DNA of 60,243 nucleotides from Candidatus Acidiferrum sp. (GCA_035569955.1 DATMLZ010000006.1:1-60243); one strand, 5' to 3'; shown: positions 45,397-55,756, numbered from the stretch's first letter. The notes: generated by a model not told the origin, from the letters alone. Numbers and translations are program-made.

Positions 45397-47043
45397 ATGC
45401 TCGATCAGTGGATCGATGCCGCGAAATGGCTGTTTGGCCCCGAGATTGCCCGCGAGGGGCGTTCCGGACATCTTTGGGCGCGCTGGATTTTTCTTCGTGC
45501 GCTCGGCGGCATCTACTTCTCTGCGTTTTATTCGCTTCTTTTTCAGATCAAGGGACTGATCGGGCCAAACGGTCTGCTTCCTGCCGGGGATTACTTGCAG
45601 GCCGTGGCGGTAGCGCTTCCCGCTTCGCGCTATCAATTCGCGCCAACGCTGCTGTGGTTTGGGGCCGGCGACCGCGCGCTGATGATCCTCACCTGGGTCG
45701 GTCTGATCGCGGCCATCGCGGTCTTGCTGAATATGTGGCCACGCCTGGGACTTCTGGTTTGCTTCGTCTGTTTTCTCTCGTTCATTGCCGCCGCGCAGGA
45801 TTTTTCGAGCTATCAATCCGATGGCATGCTCCTTGAGGCCGGATTCATCGCACTCTTCTTCGCTCCCCCTGGATTACGCCCGGGCCTCGGTCCGAGCCAC
45901 GCGGCCTCGCGCGCGAGCCTGTATTTGCTGCGGTGGGAATGGTTCCGCATTTATTTCGAGTCAGGAGCGGGAAAAATTCTCGGCGGAGACCCTGCGTGGC
46001 GGAACTTCACGGCAATGGATGAGTACTATCAAAACGGACCGCTACCGACATGGATTGGATGGTACGCACAGCATCTGCCGCACTGGTTTCACGCCTTCGC
46101 AGTCGGTCTCACGCTTTCGATCGAACTCGCGCTGGTCTGGATGGTCTTTCTGCCGCGGCGCTTCCGGATCATATGCTTTTTCATCGTCACACCGTTCGAG
46201 ATAAGCATCATTCTCACCGCCAACTACGCATTCCTGAATTACATCGTCCTGTCGCTTGGCTTCTTGCTCCTCGATGACCGTTTCATCGAATGGGTCGTTC
46301 CGTGGAGCATCGGTCGGTTTGTTGTTCCTGCGCAAGCGGCGGTTGTCGCGCCCGAAAATCCGCAACCGAATCGGTGGGCGCCTCTGCGGCCGGTGGCTTC
46401 GTATTCGAAGGCGATTTTTGCAGCGCTGTGTCTCTTGGTTGTTTTCTATGTTTCCACGTGGAGGCTCGTTGAAAAGCTCGAACCTTGGCTGGGAATTCCC
46501 CAGAATCTGGCCGGTTGGATTGAGCCGAGGCACCTTGCGACTTGGATTGAGCCGATGCGCATCGCCAATGTCTACGGGCTCTTTGAACGCATGACGCCCG
46601 ACCGTCTGGAGATTGAATTTCAGGGAACGGTCGACGGACACACCTGGGTGCCCTACAAGTTCCGCTACAAGCCGCAGGATTTGAACAAAGCGCCGGGAAT
46701 CTACGCTCCCTATCAGCCTCGATTTGACTGGAATTTGTGGTTTGCGTCGCTCGGATCGTGGCCCGAATACCGATTTGTTATTTGGACCGAAGAACGGCTG
46801 CTCAAGAACGAACCGGACGTACTCGAACTATTCGCGGGGAATCCGTTTCCGGGCCAGCAGCCGGTCCGCGTGCGCGCGGTGATTTATCAATATTGGTTTA
46901 CCGACATGAAGACCAAGCAAGCGAGCGGTCTCTGGTGGCGGAGCGAACTGTTGGGCGAATACGCGCCGCCCCTCGAGAGGGAAGCAGACGGCTCGATTCA
47001 AATGCTGGAGATTTCGACGATGCCGCTTCGCGACACGCCGTAA
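45397..47043 (+). CDS. lipase maturation factor (LMF1/DUF1222)-family polytopic membrane protein
   Basis: RWIFLRALGGIYFSAFYSLLFQIKGLIGPNGLLPA..., LLEAGF, and C-terminal YGLFERMT...RFDWNLWFA. Family resemblance is from memory. Confidence 0.65.
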   Translation: MLDQWIDAAKWLFGPEIAREGRSGHLWARWIFLRALGGIYFSAFYSLLFQIKGLIGPNGLLPAGDYLQAVAVALPASRYQFAPTLLWFGAGDRALMILTWVGLIAAIAVLLNMWPRLGLLVCFVCFLSFIAAAQDFSSYQSDGMLLEAGFIALFFAPPGLRPGLGPSHAASRASLYLLRWEWFRIYFESGAGKILGGDPAWRNFTAMDEYYQNGPLPTWIGWYAQHLPHWFHAFAVGLTLSIELALVWMVFLPRRFRIICFFIVTPFEISIILTANYAFLNYIVLSLGFLLLDDRFIEWVVPWSIGRFVVPAQAAVVAPENPQPNRWAPLRPVASYSKAIFAALCLLVVFYVSTWRLVEKLEPWLGIPQNLAGWIEPRHLATWIEPMRIANVYGLFERMTPDRLEIEFQGTVDGHTWVPYKFRYKPQDLNKAPGIYAPYQPRFDWNLWFASLGSWPEYRFVIWTEERLLKNEPDVLELFAGNPFPGQQPVRVRAVIYQYWFTDMKTKQASGLWWRSELLGEYAPPLEREADGSIQMLEISTMPLRDTP

Positions 47044-47062
47044 TCGCACTCGGCCGCGAGGC

Positions 47063-47614
47063 CTAACAAGCAGCCGCGAAGAAAGTGCGCGGCGGCATTT
47101 GGGGACGCGGCGTCGCCGGCTTCCGCGGCGGATTACCTTCGAGCCAGATCTGATAATTGTCGCGCATCTGCGCGACGTGATGCGGGATGTGCCGCTCCTG
47201 GAACTCGACCCACTTTTCCAGGCGAATCTCGCCAGACTTCGATTGCACGATCGTGTGCGACCAGACCGGCGCAGGCAGCGTCACCAGCAGTTGATACGTC
47301 ATACGGCGCAGCCGTCGAATAATTTCGAGTGCTTCGCGCGTGCTTTGGTGGAAATAGCCCAACGAATCGGCCCACCGGCCCGCGTCAAATTCGACCGGAG
47401 CAATTCCAGGCTCCGCGATGAAATGCCGGCAGAAGATATAGGCACTCGCTTCGCTGTCTGCCAGATGAAGGATGATTTCGTGGATGCTCCAGCGTTCCGG
47501 CGACGGCTTATGTAGCCACATCTTGCGCGGGAATTCACGCAACGCTGCGGAAAGCAGTGCCGGGGAGCGTCCGAAGGACTCAAGCATTTTGCGTCGTTCG
47601 TCACTAGTCATCAT
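47063..47614 (-). CDS. DinB-family (DinB_2-like) four-helix-bundle protein
   Basis: ERWSIHEIILHLADSEA...W...ERHIPHHVAQM, the His-triad pattern of the DinB superfamily. Confidence 0.7.
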   Translation of the reverse strand: MMTSDERRKMLESFGRSPALLSAALREFPRKMWLHKPSPERWSIHEIILHLADSEASAYIFCRHFIAEPGIAPVEFDAGRWADSLGYFHQSTREALEIIRRLRRMTYQLLVTLPAPVWSHTIVQSKSGEIRLEKWVEFQERHIPHHVAQMRDNYQIWLEGNPPRKPATPRPQMPPRTFFAAAC

Positions 47615-47774
47615 AGGACACTCCTAATCTGCCTTGTCGCAATTAGACGCGGTAGACCCAAATTGGCTTCTTGCGACCGCGCGCATTCTTTCCCCGACCG
47701 CGACGCATCGGCAGTACATACGAAAATCGGCGCAGGCTTGTTCCGGCCCTCGGGTATGAGAATTCGTAGTAGAG

Positions 47775-49166
47775 CTATTCCAAAACTCGGACAGCTGCAG
47801 GGTCGTGTGACGTTATGCGGTTGCGCCAATAAGCGCGCCATTCTCCAACCAGATACAGCGAACCGGTGGCGAAGACGGCATCGCGCAAGGAGGCAAACCG
47901 AAGCGCTTTTTCCAGAGCGAGTTGCGGGTCGGGTTCGACGGCGTACGACCGGGCGAGATGGCCGGCCATCTCCGCTAGCACGTCGGCGGAGATGGCACGG
48001 GGCTGGCGCGGCGCCGTAAGAACCACTTTTTCAGCCCGTGGGAATAGCAACCCGGCGATTTCATCCACGGCTTTGTCGCGCACGGTTCCGTAAACGAGAA
48101 AAATCCGGCGCCCGGCGAGATTCTCGTCCCAAAATTTCAGGAGTTCGCGCGCGCCCGCCGGGTTGTGCGTGCCATCCAGATAAACGGCAGGATCGTCGGA
48201 GAGCTTTTCGAGGCGACCCGGCCAATTCACGCTTCGAATTCCTTTCTCAATCGCGGCGTCGGAAACAGGAAAACCTTTCTCCGCGAGCACACGGGCCGCG
48301 GCAGCCGCTGCCAGCGCGTTGCGAATCTGAAAGCGTCCGCGCAGAGACGGTGCGAGCGTGATCGATGAGGTCGATCCTTTCGTGCCCGTTACGATCGCAG
48401 CGTAGCGGCCTTCGGCACCGTGCGTCGATTCGGTGCGATACGCCTGATCAATTTCAACGAGGTTCGCGCCGACGTCTCGGCAGCGGCGGGCGATCACGGT
48501 GCGTGCTTCCGGGCGTTCCGCAGCACTTACGACGGTGATACCCGGTTTGATGATCCCCGCCTTTTCCGTCGCAATTTCCGCTATCGAATGGCCGAGCCAT
48601 GTTTCGTGATCGAAATCGATCGAGGTGATCACGGCGACCTCGGGCACGACGATGTTGGTCGAATCCAGGCGCCCTCCCAGTCCGACTTCGTAGACGACGA
48701 AATCGAGTTTTTTTTCGGCGAAGATCAGGAAAGCCATCGCGGTGACACACTCGAAATAGGTCGGATGAGCGTGAAGAACGCCGGAAGCCAACAGAGACTC
48801 AATGGCGGCATGAACACGCGTCCATGCGGCGGCGAAGTCAGCGTCGGAAACGTCCTCGCCCTCGATGCGAATGCGTTCGTTGACACGCTCAAGATGCGGC
48901 GAAGTGTAAAGACCGGTCCGCAAGCCTGCGGCGCGAAGGATGGACTCGAGCATCGCGGCTGTCGATCCCTTGCCGTTGGTGCCGGCGATGTGCGCGCAAG
49001 GGACGGCGCGATGGAGATTGCCAAGAGCGGCCGAGAGGGTCGAGATATTTTCGAGGCCGAATTTCTCGACCTGTGCGCCGGGGGCCGAACTTTGCGCGGG
49101 TTGACGAGGGGCGGCAAGTTCCCTGCCGAGAGCCAGCAGTGCGCGAACCGATTCTTCGTAGTTCAT
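47775..49166 (-). CDS. folC: bifunctional folylpolyglutamate synthase / dihydrofolate synthase
   Basis: HIAGTNGKGSTAAM P-loop and the Mur-ligase domain layout. The ATG overlaps the accD stop by 4 nt. Confidence 0.9.
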   Translation of the reverse strand: MNYEESVRALLALGRELAAPRQPAQSSAPGAQVEKFGLENISTLSAALGNLHRAVPCAHIAGTNGKGSTAAMLESILRAAGLRTGLYTSPHLERVNERIRIEGEDVSDADFAAAWTRVHAAIESLLASGVLHAHPTYFECVTAMAFLIFAEKKLDFVVYEVGLGGRLDSTNIVVPEVAVITSIDFDHETWLGHSIAEIATEKAGIIKPGITVVSAAERPEARTVIARRCRDVGANLVEIDQAYRTESTHGAEGRYAAIVTGTKGSTSSITLAPSLRGRFQIRNALAAAAAARVLAEKGFPVSDAAIEKGIRSVNWPGRLEKLSDDPAVYLDGTHNPAGARELLKFWDENLAGRRIFLVYGTVRDKAVDEIAGLLFPRAEKVVLTAPRQPRAISADVLAEMAGHLARSYAVEPDPQLALEKALRFASLRDAVFATGSLYLVGEWRAYWRNRITSHDPAAVRVLE

Positions 49167-50020
49167 GCCAAATCGAGGAAAAAGCCGAGAGCCTGGGAAA
49201 GGTAACTCTTCAATTCCTTGCGCGGCACGACCGCGTCAAGGAATCCGTGCTCGAGAAGGAATTCGGAGCGCTGAAAGCCCTCGGGAAGCTTTTGGCGAAT
49301 CGTCTGTTCGATGACGCGCGGACCAGCGAAGCCGATCAGCGCTCCCGGTTCGGCGATATTCAGATCACCGAGCATGGCGTAACTTGCCGTGACTCCGCCG
49401 GTCGTTGGATCGGTGAGAACAGAGATGAAGGGGACTTTCGCTTCATCAAGACGCGCAAGAGCGGCGGAGACTTTCGCCAGCTGCATCAGGCTCACGGTTC
49501 CCTCCATCATGCGGGCGCCGCCGGACGCAGAAACGATGACGAGCGGAATTCTCTTGTCGACCGCCAGTTCGATCGCCCGCGCGACTTTTTCGCCGACGAC
49601 CGAGCCCATGGAACCGCCGATAAATCCGAATTCCATGGAGCAGATGATCACCGGGCGGCCGTCGAGGCAGCCTTCGGCCGAAAGAACTGCGTCCGACATT
49701 CCGAGCTTATTTTGCGCGTCCTTCAGGCGCTGGGCGTATGTCTTTGTGTCCGCAAAGTGGAGCGGGTCACTGGAAGCGAGCGCTGCGTCATGCTCGATCC
49801 ATGGATCGTCATCGAGCAGAAGTTCAAGGCGGTCGCGGGCGCCCATGCGGAAGTGATATTCGCACTTGGGGCAGATGTTCCAGTTCTCTTCCAGGTCCTT
49901 TTTCCAGACCGTCGAGCGGCAGGAAGGACACTTCTCCCACAAACCCTCGGTGCGGACGCGGCGTTCGTCGACAGGAGTGGGATTTTCGATCGGCTTTTTA
50001 TCGCGCTTGAACCAGGCCAT
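49163..50020 (-). CDS. accD: acetyl-CoA carboxylase carboxyltransferase beta subunit
   Basis: Zinc finger CPSCRSTVWKKDLEENWNICPKCEYH, and FGFIGGSMGSVVGEK. Confidence 0.9.
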   Translation of the reverse strand: MAWFKRDKKPIENPTPVDERRVRTEGLWEKCPSCRSTVWKKDLEENWNICPKCEYHFRMGARDRLELLLDDDPWIEHDAALASSDPLHFADTKTYAQRLKDAQNKLGMSDAVLSAEGCLDGRPVIICSMEFGFIGGSMGSVVGEKVARAIELAVDKRIPLVIVSASGGARMMEGTVSLMQLAKVSAALARLDEAKVPFISVLTDPTTGGVTASYAMLGDLNIAEPGALIGFAGPRVIEQTIRQKLPEGFQRSEFLLEHGFLDAVVPRKELKSYLSQALGFFLDLA

Positions 50021-50038
50021 CTTTCCGGTAACTCGACT

Positions 50039-50575
50039 TCAGTAGTCGATTCCTCGCTGGGCAAGAATACCCTTCGTGTAAGGGTGCTTCACTTCCTTCA
50101 TTTCTGTGACCAGATCAGCGGCTTCCACCAGCTTCGGGTGAGCATTGCGCCCCGTGCAGATCACGTGGACTCGTTCGGGCCGGGCCGCAAGCGCGGCGAC
50201 GACCTGTTCGGGATCGAGCATCTTGTAGCTGATCACGTAGTTGATTTCGTCGAGCACGACGAGGTCGTATTTTTCGCTGTAAATCTGATCGCGGCCAAAC
50301 TGCCAGGCTTGGTCGCAGAGTCGAAGGTCCTCCGGATCAGCCTCGGCGCCGCCGATCTTCACAAATCCTCGGCCCATGGGCCGGATTTCGAACTTGTCTG
50401 GGCCGAGCATCGCGGCTGCATCGAGCTCGCCGTAATGCCAGGAGCCTTTGATGAACTGGACCATGAGAACCCGCAGGCCCTGTCCCACGGCGCGAAAGGC
50501 GGTTCCAAGGGCGCAGGTAGTTTTACCTTTGCCCGGCCCGGTATAGACGATCAGCAGCCCTTTGCCTTGCGGCAT
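50039..50575 (-). CDS. cobO: cob(I)yrinic acid a,c-diamide adenosyltransferase
   Basis: GLLIVYTGPGKGKTTCALG P-loop, MVQFIKG, VVLDEINY and KGILAQRGIDY end. The conserved part begins at ATG 50575. In-frame alternative starts exist at 50695 and 50833. Confidence 0.8.
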   Translation of the reverse strand: MPQGKGLLIVYTGPGKGKTTCALGTAFRAVGQGLRVLMVQFIKGSWHYGELDAAAMLGPDKFEIRPMGRGFVKIGGAEADPEDLRLCDQAWQFGRDQIYSEKYDLVVLDEINYVISYKMLDPEQVVAALAARPERVHVICTGRNAHPKLVEAADLVTEMKEVKHPYTKGILAQRGIDY

Positions 50576-50901
50576 CCCAATGCGCGCCCCGGTGGGATAG
50601 TGTGCCACAGAGGGAGCGGGCGACAGGCATAAATCACTATCGATGGGGATTTTGTTCGCGCTGACAGGAAAGGGCTTAGGGCGATTTCCCATCATTTCGC
50701 GACCGATTGGAAAGTGGATTCGAGGTTCGCGAGCGTCGACTTTGTCGGCGCACGAGGCGAGCGCGAGTACCCAAGAAGGAAGAGACGGCGGCCGCGGCAG
50801 GCATTCGCGATGACTCAACGCCAAGTTTACCATACTGGTAACGGAGCGCTGAGAGACCGCCGGTCGCTGCCGAAGGTTTCTCGTCTAACGTGAGCGCTTG
50901 C

Positions 50902-52023
50902 TTATTTTGGCGCCGCGGTCGGAGCGATTGGTGCAAAAGCGACGTGAGGGCCGGATGGCCGGGAGGAACCGTTTGGCGCAAGGAGATCGGCGCGAAGGCG
51001 GGGCAGGGATTGCGGGTGGCGCTGCTGGAGAAACAGGATCAGCTTCTCGCGGACATAGCAGCGAAGGTTCCAGGACACGCTGGAGTCGGAAGCGTCCATC
51101 AGGGCGCGGATTTGCATGGCTTGTTCGTTTGAATCGACCACCTGAAGGACATTGACCTTGCCCTTCCAGTCCCTGGTCGAATTCAGGATTCGCGTCAATT
51201 CCTCGCGCAGTTCGTCAACCGGAGTTGTGAAATCAACCCAGAGCAGGACGTAAGCGAGAAGGTCGGCGCTGGTGCGGGTCCAGTTCTGGAACGGATGCTC
51301 GATGAAATAAGTGAGCGGCAGGACGAGCCTGCGCAGATCCCAGATGCGGACGACGACGTAGGTCGTTTCGATTTCCTCGATCCAGCCCCATTCGCCTTCC
51401 ACAACGACCACGTCATCGATACGAATCGGTTGTGTGATGGCGATCTGTATTCCGGCGATCAGACCGGATAGCGTTGACTTCATCGCCATGCCGATGACCA
51501 GGCCCGCCAAACCCGCCGAAGCCAGAAGGCTTGTACCGATTTGATGAATCGAGGGGAACGTCATCAGGACCAGGGCGAGGGCGACGACGATGATGACGAT
51601 CGCGATGAGGCGCCGGAGCACGCGGAGTTGGGTCTGTATTTTGCGCGCAACCAGGTTATCGGCGACGTCGACGCGATAGCGGGCCGAGAGGATGTCCAGA
51701 CACACGTCGGCAAACAGCATGACGAGCCAGGCAATCGAGGCAATCAAGGCGATGCCTGTGAAATGCTGCAACACGGCTTTGAAAAGAGCGGGCAGTGGAG
51801 CTGCGGGCAGTGCGATGATGACGGCGAGCAGCGGCAGGATCCAGACCGAATGCCGCTCGCTATGCAGGACGAGGGAATCGGTAAGCAGAGTGGGTGCGCG
51901 TTTTGAGAAACGCCTCAGGAGCGCGAAAAACAGAACGCGCACGAGCAGGGCGAATAGGACGGCGCCGGCGAGGATCGCGGCAGACCAAAGCCATGTCTCC
52001 CAGCTTCTGAGTAAGGCGTACAT
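50902..52023 (-). CDS. mechanosensitive ion channel (MscS family)
   Basis: N-terminal TM helices, a pore-helix region LSGLIAGIQIAITQPIRIDD, and a beta-domain VVVVEGEWGWIEEIETTYVVVRIWD. Confidence 0.8.
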   Translation of the reverse strand: MYALLRSWETWLWSAAILAGAVLFALLVRVLFFALLRRFSKRAPTLLTDSLVLHSERHSVWILPLLAVIIALPAAPLPALFKAVLQHFTGIALIASIAWLVMLFADVCLDILSARYRVDVADNLVARKIQTQLRVLRRLIAIVIIVVALALVLMTFPSIHQIGTSLLASAGLAGLVIGMAMKSTLSGLIAGIQIAITQPIRIDDVVVVEGEWGWIEEIETTYVVVRIWDLRRLVLPLTYFIEHPFQNWTRTSADLLAYVLLWVDFTTPVDELREELTRILNSTRDWKGKVNVLQVVDSNEQAMQIRALMDASDSSVSWNLRCYVREKLILFLQQRHPQSLPRLRADLLAPNGSSRPSGPHVAFAPIAPTAAPK

Positions 52024-52168
52024 TGGTACACGGCTCCGATGATTTTCCTGCGTCTTGATTCTGCGCGGTTCCCTGATGCTGATGGAAGCGAGACTTCACT
52101 GTAGTTACGAGTTCAAAATAGATGGAATGCTGTATGGAGAAAATACCTAGGTGCAGCGCCTATTGCGA

Positions 52169-52594
52169 TTACTTGGGGTAGGGGTGACCGGCCAGGATGG
52201 CAAAGGCGCGATAGATCTGTTCGGCCAGGACGACTCGCGCGAATTCGTGGGGCATGGTGAGTGTTGAAAGAGAAAGCTTCTCGGTCGCTTTGGCGCGCAA
52301 TTCGGCAGGAAACCCCTCTGCGTCTCCACAGATAAAAAGCACTTCGCGTGTGCCGCGATCGCGGATATCTCCCAACCATTTTGCGAATTGTCCAGACGTG
52401 AATTGTTTGCCGGCAGCGTCAAGAAACACCGCCATGGCATTCGGGTCGAGTTTAACTTTCCGAACGGACGAGGCGTCGCGAAGCTCGTGAACTTCCAGGT
52501 CCGCGTAACGGCGGATGCGGCTCGCGTAGTCGTCAAACAGAGCGCGGCATTCCTCGCGGCGCGTTTTGCCAAGCATGACGAGACGGATCTTCAT
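52169..52594 (-). CDS. rlmH: 23S rRNA (pseudouridine1915-N3)-methyltransferase
   Basis: 141 aa SPOUT fold. ...ICGDAEGF... and LSLSTLTMPHEFARVVLAEQIYRA. The ATG lies 3 nt after the stop of the upstream activator gene. Confidence 0.9.
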   Translation of the reverse strand: MKIRLVMLGKTRREECRALFDDYASRIRRYADLEVHELRDASSVRKVKLDPNAMAVFLDAAGKQFTSGQFAKWLGDIRDRGTREVLFICGDAEGFPAELRAKATEKLSLSTLTMPHEFARVVLAEQIYRAFAILAGHPYPK

Positions 52595-52597
52595 TTT

Positions 52598-53560
52598 CTA
52601 GAGGAGGTCGTATTTCTTGCGCTTTTCGAGCAGCGTCTTGCGGCTGATGCCGAGGATTTCGGCGGCTCGGCCGATTTTGTAACGGGTTTGCTCGAGGGTG
52701 GCAAGGATAGCCTCGCGTTCGAGAGCTTCAAGGGACCGAAGGCCGCTCGAAGCGATGTGAGCGTTGCCGGCGGCTTTGGAAATTTCGGGAAAACTTGCGG
52801 GAGTGAGCGGCGATTGTTTGTCTGCGGAGAAGATCAACGCGTGTTCGATGGCATTCTTGAGCTCGCGGGCGTTGCCGGGCCAGTCGTAGGATTCAAGCAA
52901 TCGCTGGGAACCAGGATCGAGCGCTGCAACGTGGCCGTGGACCGGGCCGAGGCGCGCAAGGAAGTGATCGGCGAGCGGGGGGATGTCCTGGCGGCGTTCG
53001 CGCAACGGCGGAATCGTGATGGAGAGCACGTTGAGGCGGAAATAGAGGTCTTCGCGGAAGCGCCCTCCGGCGACAGCCTGAGGTAGGTCTGTGTTTGTCA
53101 GCGCCATCAGGCGCGCGTCGATGCGAAGAGTTTCCGAACCACCCAGGCGCTCAAAGGTCCGTTCTTCAAGAACGCGCAGGAGCTTGGCCTGCATTCCGGG
53201 AGCGAGAGCGGCGACTTCGTCAAGAACAATGGTGCCGCCTTGTGCGAGTTCGAAGCGGCCGGGCTTGCGGGCCTCGGCGCCGGTGAATGCGCCGCGCTCG
53301 TGGCCGAAGAGTTCGGATTCGACCAGTTCGGCGGGAAGGCTGGCGCAGTCGATTTTGAGGATCGGCGCATCGCGCCGCGGACCGCGTTCGTGAATCAGCC
53401 GCGCGAGTTGATCTTTGCCGGTGCCGCTTTCGCCGGTGATGAGCAGAGTTGTATCGGTCTGGGCGGTCTTTTCGGCAAGTTCAAGAATGCGGCGGGAGGA
53501 CGGACTCACGCCGACCCATACGAAATCAGAAGATCTGCTGGCGCTGGGATCGTCGCTCAT
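52598..53560 (-). CDS. sigma54-dependent transcriptional activator consisting only of the AAA+ domain and a C-terminal HTH (no sensory or receiver domain)
   Basis: Walker A GESGTGKD, GAFTGA loop (HERGAFTGAE), Walker B VLDEV, R-finger region RVLEERTFERLGG, and a Fis-type HTH AAEILGISRKTL. Only about 20 aa precede the AAA+ core. Confidence 0.85.
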   Translation of the reverse strand: MSDDPSASRSSDFVWVGVSPSSRRILELAEKTAQTDTTLLITGESGTGKDQLARLIHERGPRRDAPILKIDCASLPAELVESELFGHERGAFTGAEARKPGRFELAQGGTIVLDEVAALAPGMQAKLLRVLEERTFERLGGSETLRIDARLMALTNTDLPQAVAGGRFREDLYFRLNVLSITIPPLRERRQDIPPLADHFLARLGPVHGHVAALDPGSQRLLESYDWPGNARELKNAIEHALIFSADKQSPLTPASFPEISKAAGNAHIASSGLRSLEALEREAILATLEQTRYKIGRAAEILGISRKTLLEKRKKYDLL

Positions 53561-53964
53561 CCGCGGGCTGCGTCGCCTTCGGGTTCGCCCGACGACGCGC
53601 GGGGCGGGCCCGGCTCCTGGATATCCAGACGCTCGGCATTGCGCCAGAGCCGTTCGAGATCGTAATACTCGCGCGCTCGTTCACTGAAAATGTGCACGAT
53701 GAAGTTTCCGTAGTCGAGCAGCAGCCATTCCGCGCCGGGTTTGCCCTCGCGATGCGACAGATGACGGCCGTGGCGATCAAGCTGCTCTTCGATGCCCTCG
53801 GCGATCGCGCGAAGTTGCGTGGTGCTTTCTCCCGAGCAAAGGAGAAAATATTCGGCGAACGCGCCCGTGCCCTTGAGATTCAGCACGGTAATGTCCCCCG
53901 CGTGCTTTGCCAGCGCCGCTTCGACGGCGACGCGAATTTCTGGTCCAACTGACGAAAGGTTCAC
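53557..53964 (-). CDS. rsfS: ribosome silencing factor
   Basis: AEYFLLCSGESTTQLRAIA...WLLLDYGNFIVHIFSE..R..Y.LE.LW. The GTG start overlaps the nadD stop (GTGA). The stop overlaps the activator ATG (ATGA). Confidence 0.85.
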   Translation of the reverse strand: MNLSSVGPEIRVAVEAALAKHAGDITVLNLKGTGAFAEYFLLCSGESTTQLRAIAEGIEEQLDRHGRHLSHREGKPGAEWLLLDYGNFIVHIFSERAREYYDLERLWRNAERLDIQEPGPPRASSGEPEGDAARG

Positions 53965-54635
53965 CGGTAAAGGGCCTGCCTGAGAATGTATTCCTCCACG
54001 CGCGTCGGCACAAGCCCCCGGATTCCCTCGCCGCGCTGGATGCGCTCGCGGATTTCGGTTGAGGAAACGTGGCTCGAGACCGTCGGCAGAAGGTGAACGG
54101 CGGATTTGCGCAGAACGATTTGATAGGAGTCTGCGGCCGTGGCGCGGCCTAGCTTTTCGGGCGGAATCACCAGGCGCAGCGCATCGAGGCGGAATCCGGG
54201 GCGGCTGGCGATGATGAAATCGCACGCATCGAGAAGCGATTCGTAACTTTTCCACGTGGGGATTTCGAGGAACTGATCGGCACCCACGATGAAGTAGAGA
54301 TGATCCTCGGGATGTTCGCGGCGGAAGCGGCGGACGGTGTCGATGGTGTAGAAGACGTGGCCGGGGCCTTCGAGCGGCGCTTCGGCGACGGACGGAATGA
54401 AATGCCCGTGGTCGGCGCAAGCGAGCGCGACCATGGCATAGCGATGTAGAAACGGTGCGAGATCCCGCTTCGCTTTGTGCGGCGGACGCGACGACGTGAT
54501 GAAGTAGATCGAGTCAAGATGGAAGCGACGCAAGGCGGCTTCTGCGACCGCGATGTGTCCGGCGTGAATCGGGTCGAACGTGCCGCCGAACATTCCGATC
54601 GCACGGCGATGGGCGTGAGATTTGTGGGAGGTCAA
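53961..54635 (-). CDS. nadD: nicotinate-nucleotide adenylyltransferase
   Basis: [14 protein letters not shown] (HxGH motif) and the ISSTEIR-type motif VSSTEIR. Confidence 0.9.
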   Translation of the reverse strand: MTSHKSHAHRRAIGMFGGTFDPIHAGHIAVAEAALRRFHLDSIYFITSSRPPHKAKRDLAPFLHRYAMVALACADHGHFIPSVAEAPLEGPGHVFYTIDTVRRFRREHPEDHLYFIVGADQFLEIPTWKSYESLLDACDFIIASRPGFRLDALRLVIPPEKLGRATAADSYQIVLRKSAVHLLPTVSSHVSSTEIRERIQRGEGIRGLVPTRVEEYILRQALYR

Positions 54636-55756
54636 CGGTCCTCCCGGTGCGGGGGAGAATCGGCCGGTTCATCGGATGGTGCCGGGCCAAAGACAGCGTC
54701 CTCGGATTGGGCAGGAGCCGCGATTTCGGGCTTTGGAATGCGGTCAAGGGCGTCGGCCATGGCCCGGACCAGTCGGGCGATGCCTTCTCCGGATGCCGAT
54801 GAGATCGCATGGAATTCGAGGCCGCGTTCGGCTGCGAATTCGAGAAGTTCATCTAGATGCGTGCGATCGGTGGTCGCGTCAAGCTTTGTGGCGGCGACGA
54901 TCATCGGCTTTTCGGCCAGTTCCGGGCTAAAGGCGGAAAGTTCGCGCTCGATAATTTCGAATTGTTGAATGGGATCTTCGGGATTGGCGTCGCTCGTATC
55001 GATCAGATGCACGATCAGGCGGGTGCGTTCCAGGTGCTTGAGAAAGCGCGTGCCGAGGCCGGCGCCTTCGTGGGCACCTTCGATCAAACCGGGAACGTCG
55101 GCGACCACGAACGTGCGCCCTCTGCCGGGAGCCGCATCCGGATCGGCGGAAACCACGCCGAGATGCGGCACGAGAGTCGTGAATGGATAAGCGGCAATTT
55201 TCGGCTTCGCTGCGGAGATGCGTGAGATCAGCGTCGACTTGCCAGCGTTGGGAAAGCCGACCAGTCCAACGTCGGCGAGAAGCTTGAGCTCCATGCGCAG
55301 ATGGCGCTCCTGGCCGGGCCGCCCGGGCTCGTGTTCGCGCGGGGCTTGATGCCAGGGGCGAACGAACGCGGGATTTCCGTTGCCGCGTCCGCCGCGCCCG
55401 CCGTGAGCGGCGAGAAAGCGCTGGCCGGGAGCGGTGAAGTCGAAAAGCTGCTCGCCAGTATCGGCGTCATAGACGATTGTGCCCACCGGGACGTTCAGGA
55501 CCGTTTCGTGGCCGGAACGGCCGTGACAATCCGAGCCCTCGCCGTGACGTCCGCGCTCGGCAGTGAATTCGCGATTGTAGCGATAGCGAAGAAGCGTATT
55601 GTCGTGCGGATTCGATTCGAGGTAGACGTCTCCGCCGTGTCCGCCGTCGCCGCCCGACGGGCCACCGCGGGGAACATATTTTTCGCGGCGGAAAGCCATG
55701 CAGCCATTGCCGCCCTCGCCGCCACGAACCAGAATTTTGGCTTCATCAGCAAACAC
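54632..55756 (-). CDS. obg: GTPase Obg
   Basis: [19 protein letters not shown], the glycine-rich Obg fold, G1 [10 protein letters not shown]3 [10 protein letters not shown]4 ATKLD. Confidence 0.95.
   Translation of the reverse strand: MFADEAKILVRGGEGGNGCMAFRREKYVPRGGPSGGDGGHGGDVYLESNPHDNTLLRYRYNREFTAERGRHGEGSDCHGRSGHETVLNVPVGTIVYDADTGEQLFDFTAPGQRFLAAHGGRGGRGNGNPAFVRPWHQAPREHEPGRPGQERHLRMELKLLADVGLVGFPNAGKSTLISRISAAKPKIAAYPFTTLVPHLGVVSADPDAAPGRGRTFVVADVPGLIEGAHEGAGLGTRFLKHLERTRLIVHLIDTSDANPEDPIQQFEIIERELSAFSPELAEKPMIVAATKLDATTDRTHLDELLEFAAERGLEFHAISSASGEGIARLVRAMADALDRIPKPEIAAPAQSEDAVFGPAPSDEPADSPPHREDR

Noticed and set aside
50576-50901. Cobalamin riboswitch upstream of cobO (326-nt gap).
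   Set aside because: Reading the minus strand, I find only fragments (AGTCA...CCTGCC) with the wrong spacing for a B12 box, and no recognisable GGTG/GGGAA core. In-frame alternative starts of cobO may also occupy part of the gap. An Infernal scan with the Rfam cobalamin model would be decisive.
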